DNA of 64,000 nucleotides from an uncultured Alphaproteobacteria bacterium (GTDB lineage Bacteria > Pseudomonadota > Alphaproteobacteria > Rhizobiales > Kaistiaceae). The stretch covers positions 5,313-69,312 of the forward strand of contig CAWBXW010000004.1 in assembly GCA_963792845.1 (NCBI GenBank). Reading direction: 5' to 3'. Position numbers and translations under genes: made by a program. Shown in pieces: positions 1-9,920 of the stretch. The notes beneath the pieces are model-generated. The model did no database searches and was not told the DNA's origin. It saw only the letters and a program-made list of their open reading frames with translations. The stretch's first letter is position 1; every line of letters starts with the position of its first letter.

Positions 1-282
1 CCTCAGCGCGCAAGTCATTCCTGGGAGATCGCTGATGGGCGCGATATCAAGCAGTCGGTCCGGCTGACCGAGCGCCGCCCCAATGCCCTCCTCGATGCTC
101 GCGCGCGAAGCGGGTCGCAGAAGACCTCCGGCCAGCCGCGCTGCGAGTTGCGAGGGTGTTAATATCTGAAGGCCCAACTCGTGCCGGCGCGCGGCGGCTG
201 CCCGGCGCATCGCGTAGGCGAGCGGCCCGTGGACCACCGTCGTACAGAGCGGCGACGAAACGCTCCCATCTATGAGTTTCAC
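1..282 (-). CDS. N-terminal fragment (runs off window) of a probable PD-(D/E)XK nuclease/AddB-like protein
   Basis: Frame is open from GTG 282 to position 1: MKLIDGSVSSPLCTTVVHGPLAYAMRRAAAARRHELGLQILTPSQLAARLAGG...LPGMT. It resembles, from recall, N-termini of rhizobial island PD-(D/E)XK proteins. Not in the ORF track because it is truncated. Confidence 0.5.
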   Translation of the reverse strand, partial: MKLIDGSVSSPLCTTVVHGPLAYAMRRAAAARRHELGLQILTPSQLAARLAGGLLRPASRASIEEGIGAALGQPDRLLDIAPISDLPGMTCALR

Positions 283-285
283 GGC

Positions 286-1467
286 CTAGAGATTTCCTAG
301 AATTCTGGCGGCCATTTCATTGGCATCCTTCTTGTGAGCTTCTTCATTGCCGGGGATCAAGTGACCATAGACGTTGAAGGTAATCTCAATTCGGGAATGG
401 CCCATCGTCTTTTGGATAAACTTGAAGTCCTTCTTTTCTTGGATCAGTTTCGAGGCGTAGTAGTGCCGGAGGGCATAGGGGGTGTATTTGGGCCGGGTGA
501 CCGTCTCACCGCCATTATTTTCGGTCGTCATTAGGCCAGCTTCGCGCATCAGAGGAGCCCAGCAGCCCGTGGCGAAATTGGTCAAGGGGATCGGGTTGCC
601 GCCCTCGGTCGGAAAGATCAGGTCCGCATCGGATTTAGGACACCGCTTCCTCCAATCGAAGAGGATGTCGGTGACAAGGCTAGGAAGATAGATCGTCCGC
701 TTGCCCGCCTTTGACTTCACCGGGCCGATGATGCCGGTCTTGTCGGCTCGCTGCTTGATCGTGACGCATTCGTCGGCCAGGCAACCCCACGGCAAGCCGC
801 GGTACTCGGATGGCCGCATGCCTGAGAACCCTGCGAGATAGATCATGGGGCGATACCGCGCCCAGCATTTCTCCATGTAGTCGTTCTTTCGGCCCATTCG
901 GTCCGCAGCCGCGTAGATATCCCGGATTTCGGCGTCAGTTGGTATCTCTACCTCGCCGCCATCCTCTTCGTACCGGCCGCCTGATTTGATTGTGATTCCG
1001 GACGCCGGGTCGTCGACCCCAACGCCTTGGTGCTTCATTTCGATAAGGACAGAATGGAAGGAAGAGAGGGTCCGCCTGGCAAGATCGCGCGTCTTGTTCG
1101 CTAGAAGCCACGTCCGGAATTGGACGATGTCTGGAGCCTGGAGTTCATGTACCCACTTTGGCCACGCATATTCCTTCATGACCCGCGCGCGGCGTTCGTA
1201 CTCCTTCAGCGTCTCCGGTTCGACCCTCTCTCGGCCGTCACGCCCGGTCTTCTCGCAAATGGCAATCCACTGATCGACGGCATCTGCCACGCTGACGCTC
1301 CGGCTTGTGGGAGACCGCTTGAGCGAACCGAGATTCTCGGTGAAGGCTCTTGCCTCCTTTAGCGTTAGGAACGTCCTGAACGCATAGCCAGATTTTGAGC
1401 CCGCATCCGCGTATCGAACCTGATAGGTGACCCCCTTTGCTCCCAGTCTTTTTCGGATGTCTGACAT
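286..1467 (-). CDS. Tyrosine recombinase/phage integrase family protein
   Basis: Catalytic motifs GMRPSE (R), YALRH, MGHS, NVYGH (Y); N-terminal arm-binding-like segment YQVRY...RTF...EA. Confidence 0.93.
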   Translation of the reverse strand: MSDIRKRLGAKGVTYQVRYADAGSKSGYAFRTFLTLKEARAFTENLGSLKRSPTSRSVSVADAVDQWIAICEKTGRDGRERVEPETLKEYERRARVMKEYAWPKWVHELQAPDIVQFRTWLLANKTRDLARRTLSSFHSVLIEMKHQGVGVDDPASGITIKSGGRYEEDGGEVEIPTDAEIRDIYAAADRMGRKNDYMEKCWARYRPMIYLAGFSGMRPSEYRGLPWGCLADECVTIKQRADKTGIIGPVKSKAGKRTIYLPSLVTDILFDWRKRCPKSDADLIFPTEGGNPIPLTNFATGCWAPLMREAGLMTTENNGGETVTRPKYTPYALRHYYASKLIQEKKDFKFIQKTMGHSRIEITFNVYGHLIPGNEEAHKKDANEMAARILGNL

Positions 1468-1506
1468 ACGGCCGTTATAGTATATTTACAATCGATCATC
1501 AATAAA

Positions 1507-1746
1507 CTAATCGTTTTCGTGAAATTCTTTCTGTGCTCTTACTTGAAGCTCTTGATATATTTTTACAAGCTCACCTTTTTCTATTTTCAGTTTTCCGTCA
1601 ATAGGATCGCGGAAGAAGGGCAGTTTGCGTGTGCCCGAAGGACCAGGTTCAGCTGCGCGCTTCATCTGTCGATCAGATAAGGTGATTCCAAGATCGGCCA
1701 GAACAATCTTAGCTTGACGCAGTGTAATGTATGACGGAAAGCTCAT
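1507..1746 (-). CDS. Small DNA-binding protein, excisionase/recombination directionality factor-like
   Basis: 79 aa, basic, directly upstream of the integrase on the same strand, GAGGAG RBS; YITLRQA...LPFF pattern typical of winged-HTH excisionases. Confidence 0.6.
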   Translation of the reverse strand: MSFPSYITLRQAKIVLADLGITLSDRQMKRAAEPGPSGTRKLPFFRDPIDGKLKIEKGELVKIYQELQVRAQKEFHEND

Positions 1747-1980
1747 AAAATACTCCTCTATGAAAACAGTTGTACTATATGAAATTGTATTTCTTGGTTA
1801 TTTATAAGAACTTAATTAAGTACATACGTATGAACTGAGAAACAGTCCCCCCACTTAACATTCGGTTGGGTTTGGCCAACGGACATGGCCAATCGCTGAC
1901 CAACAGGAGGTGGAGAGTCCGGCGCTATCTGGTTCCCCTGCGGGCGCGGTTCAGCGTCCACCAACGGATGCACTAGCACC

Positions 1981-2343
1981 ATGAACGGCGGGCTGAAGCT
2001 CTTGCTCGACTACGAGGAGGCCGCGAAGGCGCTGTCATTGACGCGCGCGGCTCTTCGAGACCTCGTCTACAAGGGGCGCGGTCCCGCCGTAACAAAGATC
2101 GGAAGACGGACGTTCTTCGCCGTTCGGGATCTTAAATCTTTCGTGGATCGTCACCGCGAGCGCACACTGCCGGCGCCGGTTCCAGCCACGCCGCGGGTCA
2201 AACGTCGGCGCGGCCGCCCCACCATTACTGAGCAAATGGCGAGAAACGCCTCGTTCGCGCAGTCCTCACTCAAGAGGGCGAGTCGGAACGGGCGCGCTCT
2301 AGCTTCGCCAGTTCCTCGGCAAGGTGCTCCTTCGTCAGGTTAG
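1981..2343 (+). CDS. Helix-turn-helix (excisionase/HTH_17-like) protein
   Basis: LLDYEEAAKALSLTRAALRDLVYKGRGP..TKIGRRTFF..DL..FV is the excisionase-type HTH pattern; convergent with the second integrase. Confidence 0.8.
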   Translation: MNGGLKLLLDYEEAAKALSLTRAALRDLVYKGRGPAVTKIGRRTFFAVRDLKSFVDRHRERTLPAPVPATPRVKRRRGRPTITEQMARNASFAQSSLKRASRNGRALASPVPRQGAPSSG

Positions 2344-3383
2344 CGTAGCGCTTTACGGACTTCGGATCCTTGTGGCCGGTCTGCGCCATCACTTGGATTA
2401 GAGACCAACCTGCCTCGAAGAGGTTGGATGTGCGCTCGTGACGCGTGTCGTGGAAGCGAAAATGCGGCACGCCCGCTTTTTCGCGCGCGCGGTTGAAGGC
2501 CAGGCGAAGCGCATTTGCGGTTACCGGAAATACGCGGTCGTCGTTCTCATCTTCTCTTTCAGCTGAAATCGCGCGGCAGCGATTTCAACACGGCAACGGC
2601 GCGCGGCGAGAGTCCGATCGGATGGTCGATGACGATCTCCGGGTTCCGGCTGTTTTTAACACCGCGGAGGATCGCCGAGCGCCCGTGCAAATCGACATCG
2701 GCCCAGCGAAGACGAAGCAGGCTGCCTCGGCGTGCGCCAGTTTCAAAGCCGAGTTCGACGAAGGGCCGCAGCCATTTGTTCTGAGCTTGGCCGCACGCTT
2801 CCAATAGGCGCTCCACGTCTTCTTTGCTGAGCCTGACGTCGCGCTCATCTCTGACAACCGGGCGCCGCACATCCTCGGTATTGACCGGGTTCACCAGCAA
2901 GCCGAGCCGGCGTTTGCGGTAGTCAATCACGCGCTTGAGCAGGGTCAGCTCCCGTTTCACAGTACCCGGCGCCAGCGCCTTCGGATTCTTTGGCGGCGAT
3001 TTGCCCCTACGAGCGGACTGAGTCAGGCGGCGATCCCGGTAGTCTTCAAAATGCTCCGGGCGGAGATTGGCGACGGCGTAAGCGCACAGCTCCTTTTCCT
3101 CGCGGAGGAACCTCTCAAGCCGCAACCGCTCGGCGACGCGCGAGTCGATACCGGGCCGCTTGTCGGTGACATCTTTCAGATAGACGCGGATGAGGTCGCC
3201 CAGCGTGGTTTCGCGCGCTGGCGATTGATCCACGAAGTGGCCGCGGTCCATTTCGGCCTCGACATTGCGCGCCCAGCTCTGCGCGTCCTTCTTGGTGCGG
3301 AAGGTGGCGTTCTGCAGCGGCCATCCTTTTCGCCTGACCTGCACCTGCCACTGATGCGGACCCTTCTCCCGGATGCTGGCCAT
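2270..3383 (-). CDS. Tyrosine integrase (tRNA-proximal), interrupted by one extra base near 2568
   Basis: MASIREKG..WQVQVRRKG N-terminus, TGARRG, FHDTRH, TGHK, RYAN. Removing one T from GATTTC (minus strand) joins ORF 2559-3383 to 2270-2470 through DDRVFPVTANALRLAFNRA. Confidence 0.88.
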
Positions 3384-3493
3384 CGCTGGCTCTCCCGTTT
3401 CGTGCCGAGTGTGCCAAGATTGTGCCAAAAAACAGGGGCCGAAAGCAAGGCGCCGAGCGCGCCTCCATAACCTGTTGAATTATCTATGAAATT

Positions 3494-3570
<77 letters not shown>

Positions 3571-3818
3571 TTCGCGCCGGGAATGGTCTCTAGATAGCCC
3601 ACTCGGCATCGCCGGACAATGACTCGGCAATCGCCAGGATCCATACCGCGCGGCGGAGCCGTCGGCGCGTCCGGCGTTCCGTCATGACGAAGCCTTGAGC
3701 CACTCGCCTTCCACGGGCGTGAAACATAGGCGCGGCTTGGCGTGGTCGAAGTCGTCGCCATATCCCACCTGAGTGAACGGGCGCTCGCGCCCGCCTCGGG
3801 GGTTGGGAAGCAGGTGCC

Positions 3819-4325
3819 ATGTACGAAGCGGACCGGGATGCTATTCTCAATCTATTCGCCCGGCTTCGGGAGGTGGAATCCCGGTCCGGCCCGCGCGAGC
3901 CTGAGGCGGCCGCCCTGATCGATGCGGCCGTCGCCGCGCAGCCGGCCGCGCCCTACCACATGGCCCAGACCATCATCGTTCAGAATCAGGCGCTCCGTGA
4001 CGCGGAGCGGCGGATCGAGGAACTCGAATCGGCCCGCGCGCAGCCCGGGCTTTTCTCCGCGCTCCTCGGCAGTGCGGGCCGCAGCCGGCCAGGGGGCCGC
4101 CCGCCCAAAGACAAGCGCGCCTTCGCCGCGCAGGGCAACGGCTTCCTTGCCGGCGCCGCGGAGACCGCGCTCGGCGTTGGCGGAGGCATGCTCCTCGCCG
4201 ACTTCCTTGTCGACGCAATGATTGGCGCGGACGAAGCAGCGGCAGAAGACGCGGATGCGGCCACCGGCCCGGAAGCCGTCAATGACAGCGGCTTCGGCGA
4301 TTTGGGTCCTGGCGGCGATCTCTAG
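3819..4325 (+). CDS. DUF2076 family protein
   Basis: LFARL..E....REPEA..LI...V..QP.APY.MAQT..VQ..AL, then GFL.GA..TA.GV.GGMLL and an acidic Gly-rich tail. Confidence 0.8.
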   Translation: MYEADRDAILNLFARLREVESRSGPREPEAAALIDAAVAAQPAAPYHMAQTIIVQNQALRDAERRIEELESARAQPGLFSALLGSAGRSRPGGRPPKDKRAFAAQGNGFLAGAAETALGVGGGMLLADFLVDAMIGADEAAAEDADAATGPEAVNDSGFGDLGPGGDL

Positions 4326-4335
4326 CACCGCCATC

Positions 4336-5103
4336 CTACTCGCCGGACTCGGCTGCGCCCCTTCTCACGTCGGAGACCGGTCTTACCCCGCCTGTGTCAG
4401 GCGCCGCCGCGATCGCGGCCTTGCTCTGACCGTAGAGCGCGACAGCACCCAGGATGTCACCAGCCTGTGGGCAGCGGAATGTCTCGCGATAATGGAAATC
4501 CATCAACTGGTCGGTCACGCCGGGATGGTCGAGGCCGATGGCATGGCCGATCTCGTGCATGAGTGCATAGCGGATGTCGTAGACGTCGAGATTGCCGTCG
4601 AAGCCGACCTTCCACGCCTTTTCGGGGTTCAGGCAGATCAGGGCGCGGGTGAGGCGCTCGGGTCCCGGCCGGCTTCCCGCGTCGCCATATTCGACATTGG
4701 TGAAAGCCCGGCCCAGCGGCTCGATCTCGGCACCGATCAGGATGTCGGCATCGGCCGGGCTCAGGGCGGGGGTGAAGGAAATATCGGCGACCGCGCTCCA
4801 TGCCGCGAAGGCCGCATCCAGCTCGCGGTCGAAGACGCTCCGACTGATCCGGTTCGCCGCAAGCAAGGCATCGAGCGGGGCGACCCCGCCGCAATTCCGG
4901 ACAGCGGGAAAGCGCGTCTCGGTGGCCACGGTCGCAAAACTCACCACCGCGCCTGTCCCGCCAACAGGGTTTCCCCACTTGACCTCGTGGCCGCCGAAGA
5001 CGATATGGCGGTAGAGCTTGACGGACTGTGCCGAAGCCGGCCCGACGAGAAGCAAAAGCCCCACGGCCGCGCGGGCGCCGCGCGCAATCAGACCTGGAAA
5101 CAC
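4336..5103 (-). CDS. Secreted matrixin-like (M10/metzincin) zinc metalloprotease
   Basis: HEIGHAIGLDH zinc motif, Met-turn QLMDF, N-terminal signal peptide ending ASA. Exact start uncertain. Confidence 0.85.
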   Translation of the reverse strand: MFPGLIARGARAAVGLLLLVGPASAQSVKLYRHIVFGGHEVKWGNPVGGTGAVVSFATVATETRFPAVRNCGGVAPLDALLAANRISRSVFDRELDAAFAAWSAVADISFTPALSPADADILIGAEIEPLGRAFTNVEYGDAGSRPGPERLTRALICLNPEKAWKVGFDGNLDVYDIRYALMHEIGHAIGLDHPGVTDQLMDFHYRETFRCPQAGDILGAVALYGQSKAAIAAAPDTGGVRPVSDVRRGAAESGE

Positions 5104-5305
5104 TGCATTCCCCCACGAAACTTCACAAGTCGCCGCGACGGAGCTTCGTCGATTTTTTCCCGGTTTGCGAGGATCGATGTGACGCAGGCGGTGCCGGCGT
5201 GCGACGGCGCCGGGGGACCCTTAAGCAAATCCGATGGAAAGCGTGGCGCAATTCTTGTGTTTTTCCGGGAATCGGCGTCACATTCCCATAGCAAAAGCCG
5301 CCCCT

Positions 5306-5809
5306 ATGCGAACTCTCCCGATTCGCGACGCTACCCTCGCTGACCTGGACTGCCTCTCGGCGCTGGAACGCGATTCGTTCAGCTCGGACCGGATTTCCCC
5401 GCGGAGTTTCCGCCGCTTGATCCGATCGGCGAGCGCCGTCTGCCGGGTGATGCGCGACCGCGCTGCGATCCTCGGCTACTACCTTCTCCTCTTCCGCAGC
5501 GGGACCGGCGTTGCGAGACTCTATTCGATCGCCGTCGACCGGCGACACCGCGGCCGGGGCATCGCGCGGGCGCTGATCGCGAGCGCCGAGCGTACGGCGC
5601 GCCGCGGTGGACGTACCCGCATCCGGCTCGAGGTCCGCGAGGACAACCGCGCCGCGATCGGACTTTACGAGCGGCTCGGCTATCGCCCGACCGGGCGGCG
5701 CACGGCCTATTACGCCGACCGTGCCGACGCCGTCCGCTACGAGAAGCGTCTCGACCGGCGGGAGCCGGCGCCGGGGCCCCGCCGACAAGGTCGTGACCGC
5801 CATGGCTGA
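5306..5809 (+). CDS. GNAT acetyltransferase (RimI-like)
   Basis: LYSIAV...RGRGIARAL (acetyl-CoA motif A), LEVREDN..AI.LY..LGY; overlaps the next start. Confidence 0.88.
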   Translation: MRTLPIRDATLADLDCLSALERDSFSSDRISPRSFRRLIRSASAVCRVMRDRAAILGYYLLLFRSGTGVARLYSIAVDRRHRGRGIARALIASAERTARRGGRTRIRLEVREDNRAAIGLYERLGYRPTGRRTAYYADRADAVRYEKRLDRREPAPGPRRQGRDRHG

Positions 5810-7259
5810 CTGGGTCATTCTGGTCGACGCCCCCAGGGACTTCCCCAACGCCGACACGCCGCACAAGGTCATCACCACCAAGGATTATCTCGCCCGGACC
5901 AGCCTGTTCAGCGGCACGCGGCCGAAGATCATCAACCTCTCCCGCTCCTTCAATTACCAGAGCCGCGGCTATTATTGCTCACTACTCGCCGAGGCGCGCG
6001 GCCATCGCATCATCCCCTCGGTGGAGACGATGGTCGATCTCGGCACCCGCCAGCTCTATGCGCAGGCGCTGCCCGAGCTCGACGATACGCTCGCCAAGGC
6101 GGTCGCCGCCGCCAACGACAAAAGCGTGCCTTCGCGCCTCCTCGTCTATTTCGGCGCCGTCGAGGACCGCCGCTTCGACCGCTTCGGCCGGCTCCTCTTC
6201 GACTGGTTCCGCTGCCCGGTCCTCGAGGTGACGATCGAGAACGGCGACCGCCCGCAAATCAAGCGGCTGACCGCGGTTCCGGTCACCAAGCTGTCGCCGG
6301 CGGAGCTCGGCTTTTTCCACGAGGCGCTGCACAGTCATACCCGCCGGGAATGGCGCTCAAAGAAGGACCGCGCGGCGCCGCGCTATTCCTTCGCCGTGCT
6401 CTACGACCCCAGCGAAACCCTGCCGCCGTCCAACCTGCAGACTCTGAAACACTGGTCGCGGATTGCCGAGAAGCAGGGCGTCGAGGTCGAGCCGATCACC
6501 CGCCGCGACCTCGCCCGGCTCGCCGAGTTCGACGCCTTGTTTATCCGGGAGACGACGTCGATCGACAACCACACCTACCGCTTCGCCCGCCGGGCGGTCC
6601 AGGAAGGCATGCCGGTGATCGACGATCCGATCTCGATGATCCGCTGCACCAACAAGATCTACCTGCACGAGTTGATGACCGGGAACGGCATCGCGGTGCC
6701 GCCCACGGTGATCGTAGGCGGCCAGCCCGACCTCGTCCGCGCCGCCGACGAGCTGGGCTTTCCGATGGTGCTGAAGGTACCCAACTCCTCCTTCAGCCGC
6801 GGCGTCAAGAAGGTCGACAATCCCGCCGAGCTTCAAGCTCTGTTCAAGGAATGGTTCGAGGACACCGACCTTCTCCTCGCCCAGGCCTTCATGCCGACCA
6901 GCTTCGACTGGCGGATCGGCGTGCTCGGCGGCAAGCCGCTCTTCGTCTGCCAATACATGATGGCCAAGAAGCACTGGCAGATCGTCAAGCACCGCGCCAA
7001 CGGAAAGCCGCAGGAAGGTGCGCATCTGACCGTGCCGCTTGGCGAGGCGCCGCCGGCGGTTGTCGACATCGGACTCCGCTCCGCCCAGCTCATCGGCAAC
7101 GGCCTCTACGGCGTCGACGTCAAGGAGACGCCGGAGGGTATTTTCGTGGTCGAGGTCAACGACAATCCCAACATCGAGCATGGCATCGAGGATTCCGCCG
7201 AGAAAGACCAGGTGTGGATCGAGCTGACCCGCTGGTTCATCGACCGGCTGGAGGCATAG
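5802..7259 (+). CDS. RimK-family ATP-grasp ligase with N-terminal RLAN-type domain
   Basis: IINL.RS..YQS.GYYCSLLAEARGH N-terminal domain; CTNKIY, FPMVLK.P.SSFS.GV, DWRIGVL, GVDVK, EVNDNP ATP-grasp motifs. Confidence 0.9.
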   Translation: MADWVILVDAPRDFPNADTPHKVITTKDYLARTSLFSGTRPKIINLSRSFNYQSRGYYCSLLAEARGHRIIPSVETMVDLGTRQLYAQALPELDDTLAKAVAAANDKSVPSRLLVYFGAVEDRRFDRFGRLLFDWFRCPVLEVTIENGDRPQIKRLTAVPVTKLSPAELGFFHEALHSHTRREWRSKKDRAAPRYSFAVLYDPSETLPPSNLQTLKHWSRIAEKQGVEVEPITRRDLARLAEFDALFIRETTSIDNHTYRFARRAVQEGMPVIDDPISMIRCTNKIYLHELMTGNGIAVPPTVIVGGQPDLVRAADELGFPMVLKVPNSSFSRGVKKVDNPAELQALFKEWFEDTDLLLAQAFMPTSFDWRIGVLGGKPLFVCQYMMAKKHWQIVKHRANGKPQEGAHLTVPLGEAPPAVVDIGLRSAQLIGNGLYGVDVKETPEGIFVVEVNDNPNIEHGIEDSAEKDQVWIELTRWFIDRLEA

Positions 7260-7340
7260 AGCAAAGGGGCTCGCCGGCCGCCGCCTTTTCGCCGCATGGG
7301 CGTTGCAACGTGCCGGCGCCAAACGGGGGAGTGGACTTTC

Positions 7341-7646
7341 TTGAGAATCCTCATCGTCGCCATGCTCGGCGCGCTTCTTTCAGGGTGTCTCAGCCTGGGC
7401 GGGGGCCCGCGCGTCGAGCAGGGGGTCTGGCTTCGCGCCGACGGGCAGTCGGGGCGCACCAATCCGTCGCTCGCCCATATCTTCGATGTCGACAAGGCAG
7501 CCTGTACCCCGGCCGGAAGCAGCGAGCCTGACCGTTCCTGCATGTCCTCGCGCGGCTACCTGCTTGTGCCCGCAAGCCAGGTCGAACAGAAGGCGGCCGA
7601 GCTCCGCGCCGCAAACGCCGCCCGAACCACCCCGCCGGCGCAGTAG
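7341..7646 (+). CDS. Small putative lipoprotein
   Basis: TTG start, hydrophobic signal with lipobox LSGC; C...CM..RGY pattern. Confidence 0.7.
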   Translation: MRILIVAMLGALLSGCLSLGGGPRVEQGVWLRADGQSGRTNPSLAHIFDVDKAACTPAGSSEPDRSCMSSRGYLLVPASQVEQKAAELRAANAARTTPPAQ

Positions 7647-7786
7647 CCTCGCTGCCTTCCGTGGTCTGATCCGCGGCGCCGAAGACGGGGCATGGATCGA
7701 GCCCCCCGCGGACGGTCGGCGACCGCCTTTCGCGCGCGCCCGCCTTGGCCTATGACGGTCGCTCCCGCCCGCTTGATTCACGAAAG

Positions 7787-9028
7787 ATGTCCGAGACCGA
7801 CGCGTCATCGCCCCAGCCAGCTTGGGTCGCGCTTCGCTATCGCGGCTTCACGCTGCTCTGGCTCTCGCGCCTCTCGGCGACCTTCGCGTCGCAGATCGTC
7901 AGCGTCGCGGTCGGCTGGCAAATCTACGACCTGACCCGCAATCCTTTCGACCTCGGCATCGCCGGGCTGGTCCAGTTCGCGCCGGCCCTGCTTCTTGTCC
8001 TGGTTACCGGCACGGTATCGGACCGCTACAACCGCAGGGTCATCGTCGCGATATGCCAGGCGGTCGAAGGGCTGTGCGCGGGCACGCTGCTTGTCCTCAT
8101 CGTCGCCGGCCACATCCAGGCTGCGCAAATCTTCGTCGTGCTCGCGATCTTCGGGGCGGCCCGAGCCTTCCTTAATCCCGCCCAGCAGTCGCTCATCCCG
8201 AATCTGGTGCCGACCGAGGTGTTGGCGAGCGCGATCGCCCTGAGCTCCTCCTCATGGCAGATCGCGGTGATCGCCGGGCCGGTCGCCGGCGGGCTCCTCT
8301 ACGGTATCGGCTCGGAGGCGCCATACTCGGTGGCGATGCTGCTCTTCGGCGCCGCGATGGTGCTGGTGATTCTTGTGCCGCGGCCGCCGCAGAAGACGCT
8401 GCCAGAACCGGCCACCTGGTCGACCGTCGTCGCCGGTTTCCGCTATGTCTGGCATGAGAAGATCGTGCTCGGCGCTATCTCCCTCGATCTTTTCGCCGTC
8501 CTTCTCGGCGGCGCCGTCGCGCTCCTTCCCGCCTATGCCCGCGACGTGCTCGAGGTCGGGCCATGGGGACTCGGCTTCCTGCGCGCCGGCCCCGGCATCG
8601 GCGCCCTCGTGATGGGACTCTATCTCGCGCTCCACCCGGTGCGGGACCACGCCGGGCTGATCATGTTCGGCTGCGTTATGCTCTATGGTCTGTTCACGCT
8701 CATCTTCGGCCTCTCGACGCTGGTCTGGCTGTCGGTGCTGGCGCTTGCCGGCGCCGGCGCCGCCGATATGGTCAGCGTCTACGTCCGAGAGACGCTGATT
8801 CAGCTGTGGACGCCGGACGCGGTGCGCGGCCGGGTCAACGCCGTCAACATGGTCTTTGTCGGCGCCTCGAACGAGCTCGGCGAATTCCGCGCCGGCTCCG
8901 TCGCCGCGCTCTTCGGGCTGGTACCGGCGGTGATCATGGGCGGCGTCGGCTCGATCGCGATCGCGATCCTTTGGATGGTGATTTTTCCGCAGCTCCGCAA
9001 GGCCCGTCACCTGTCGGGACGAGCGTAA
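7787..9028 (+). CDS. MFS transporter (DHA3/EntS-like)
   Basis: Multiple TM segments, G.VSDRYNRR motif A, TPD.VRGRV motif. Confidence 0.9.
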   Translation: MSETDASSPQPAWVALRYRGFTLLWLSRLSATFASQIVSVAVGWQIYDLTRNPFDLGIAGLVQFAPALLLVLVTGTVSDRYNRRVIVAICQAVEGLCAGTLLVLIVAGHIQAAQIFVVLAIFGAARAFLNPAQQSLIPNLVPTEVLASAIALSSSSWQIAVIAGPVAGGLLYGIGSEAPYSVAMLLFGAAMVLVILVPRPPQKTLPEPATWSTVVAGFRYVWHEKIVLGAISLDLFAVLLGGAVALLPAYARDVLEVGPWGLGFLRAGPGIGALVMGLYLALHPVRDHAGLIMFGCVMLYGLFTLIFGLSTLVWLSVLALAGAGAADMVSVYVRETLIQLWTPDAVRGRVNAVNMVFVGASNELGEFRAGSVAALFGLVPAVIMGGVGSIAIAILWMVIFPQLRKARHLSGRA

Positions 9029-9147
9029 AGCGCGGCCGCCATCGCCACCCGGGACCGGCCGGGCACGGCGTGAGGGAGAGGCTGTCATGGCGGGGCGAAT
9101 CTGTATGATGGTTCGCGTGGGCGGAACGAGCGACGAGGAGGAGCCAG

Positions 9148-9849
9148 ATGAAGCCGGTTTGCGCGGTAGTCGGCATTGGGCCGGGAAATGGGGCGGCGCT
9201 GGCCCGCCGCTTCGCCAAGGAGGGCTACGCGGTCGCCCTTCTTGCGCGGTCGACCGAAGTGAGCGCCAGCCTTGCGGCCGAGCTCGGCGATGACGCCCGG
9301 GCCTACGCCTGCGACGTGAGCGACGCCAAGTCGGTTGCCGACGCCTTCGGCCATATCGCCTCCGATCTCGGCCCGGTCGATGTTGTCGCCTACAACGCCG
9401 GCTCCGGAACCTGGGGCACGATCGAGGAGGTGAGCGCCGAGGCCTTCGAAGCCTCGTGGCGGGTGAACGCGATGGGGCTCTTCCTGGTCGCCAAGGCGGT
9501 GATTCCGGCAATGAAGGAGAAGCGGGCAGGCAGCATCGTCGTGATCGGTGCGACGGCATCGCGCCGCGGCATGCCGCGTACCACCGCCTTCGCCCCGGCC
9601 AAGGCGGCGCAACGCTCGCTGGCCGAGGCCATGGCCCGGCATCTCTGGCCGATGGGCATCCACGTCTCCCTGATCATCCTTGACGGCGTCGTCGACCTGC
9701 CGCGTACCCGCGCCGCGATGAGCGACAAGCCGGACGAATTCTTCATCAAGGCCGACGACGTCGCCGATACCGCTTTCTGGCTGACGCGACAGCATCGTTC
9801 GGCTTGGTCCTTCGAAGTCGAGGCGCGGCCGTTCGGCGAGAAATGGTAG
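9148..9849 (+). CDS. Short-chain dehydrogenase/reductase
   Basis: VVGIGPGNG Rossmann motif, YNAG, GATAS.RG, F...K. Confidence 0.9.
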   Translation: MKPVCAVVGIGPGNGAALARRFAKEGYAVALLARSTEVSASLAAELGDDARAYACDVSDAKSVADAFGHIASDLGPVDVVAYNAGSGTWGTIEEVSAEAFEASWRVNAMGLFLVAKAVIPAMKEKRAGSIVVIGATASRRGMPRTTAFAPAKAAQRSLAEAMARHLWPMGIHVSLIILDGVVDLPRTRAAMSDKPDEFFIKADDVADTAFWLTRQHRSAWSFEVEARPFGEKW

Positions 9850-9920
9850 GCGCGCCGGCTGGGCGCGAGTCGCCGATCCCGCTTGCCGTCTTGACGACTT
9901 CCCTCTACGGCGTTTCGGCC

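Larger units (their letters stand above)
1..3493. mobile_element. tRNA-proximal end of an integrative element/genomic island at the 3' end of tRNA-Arg(CCG); continues beyond the left window edge
   Basis: Two tyrosine integrases and two excisionase-like HTH genes lie directly 3' of a tRNA. There is an AT-rich patch at 1470-1860, and direct repeats GTGCCRA at 3402/3411/3422 plus an IHF-like site at 3468-3480. Confidence 0.8.
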
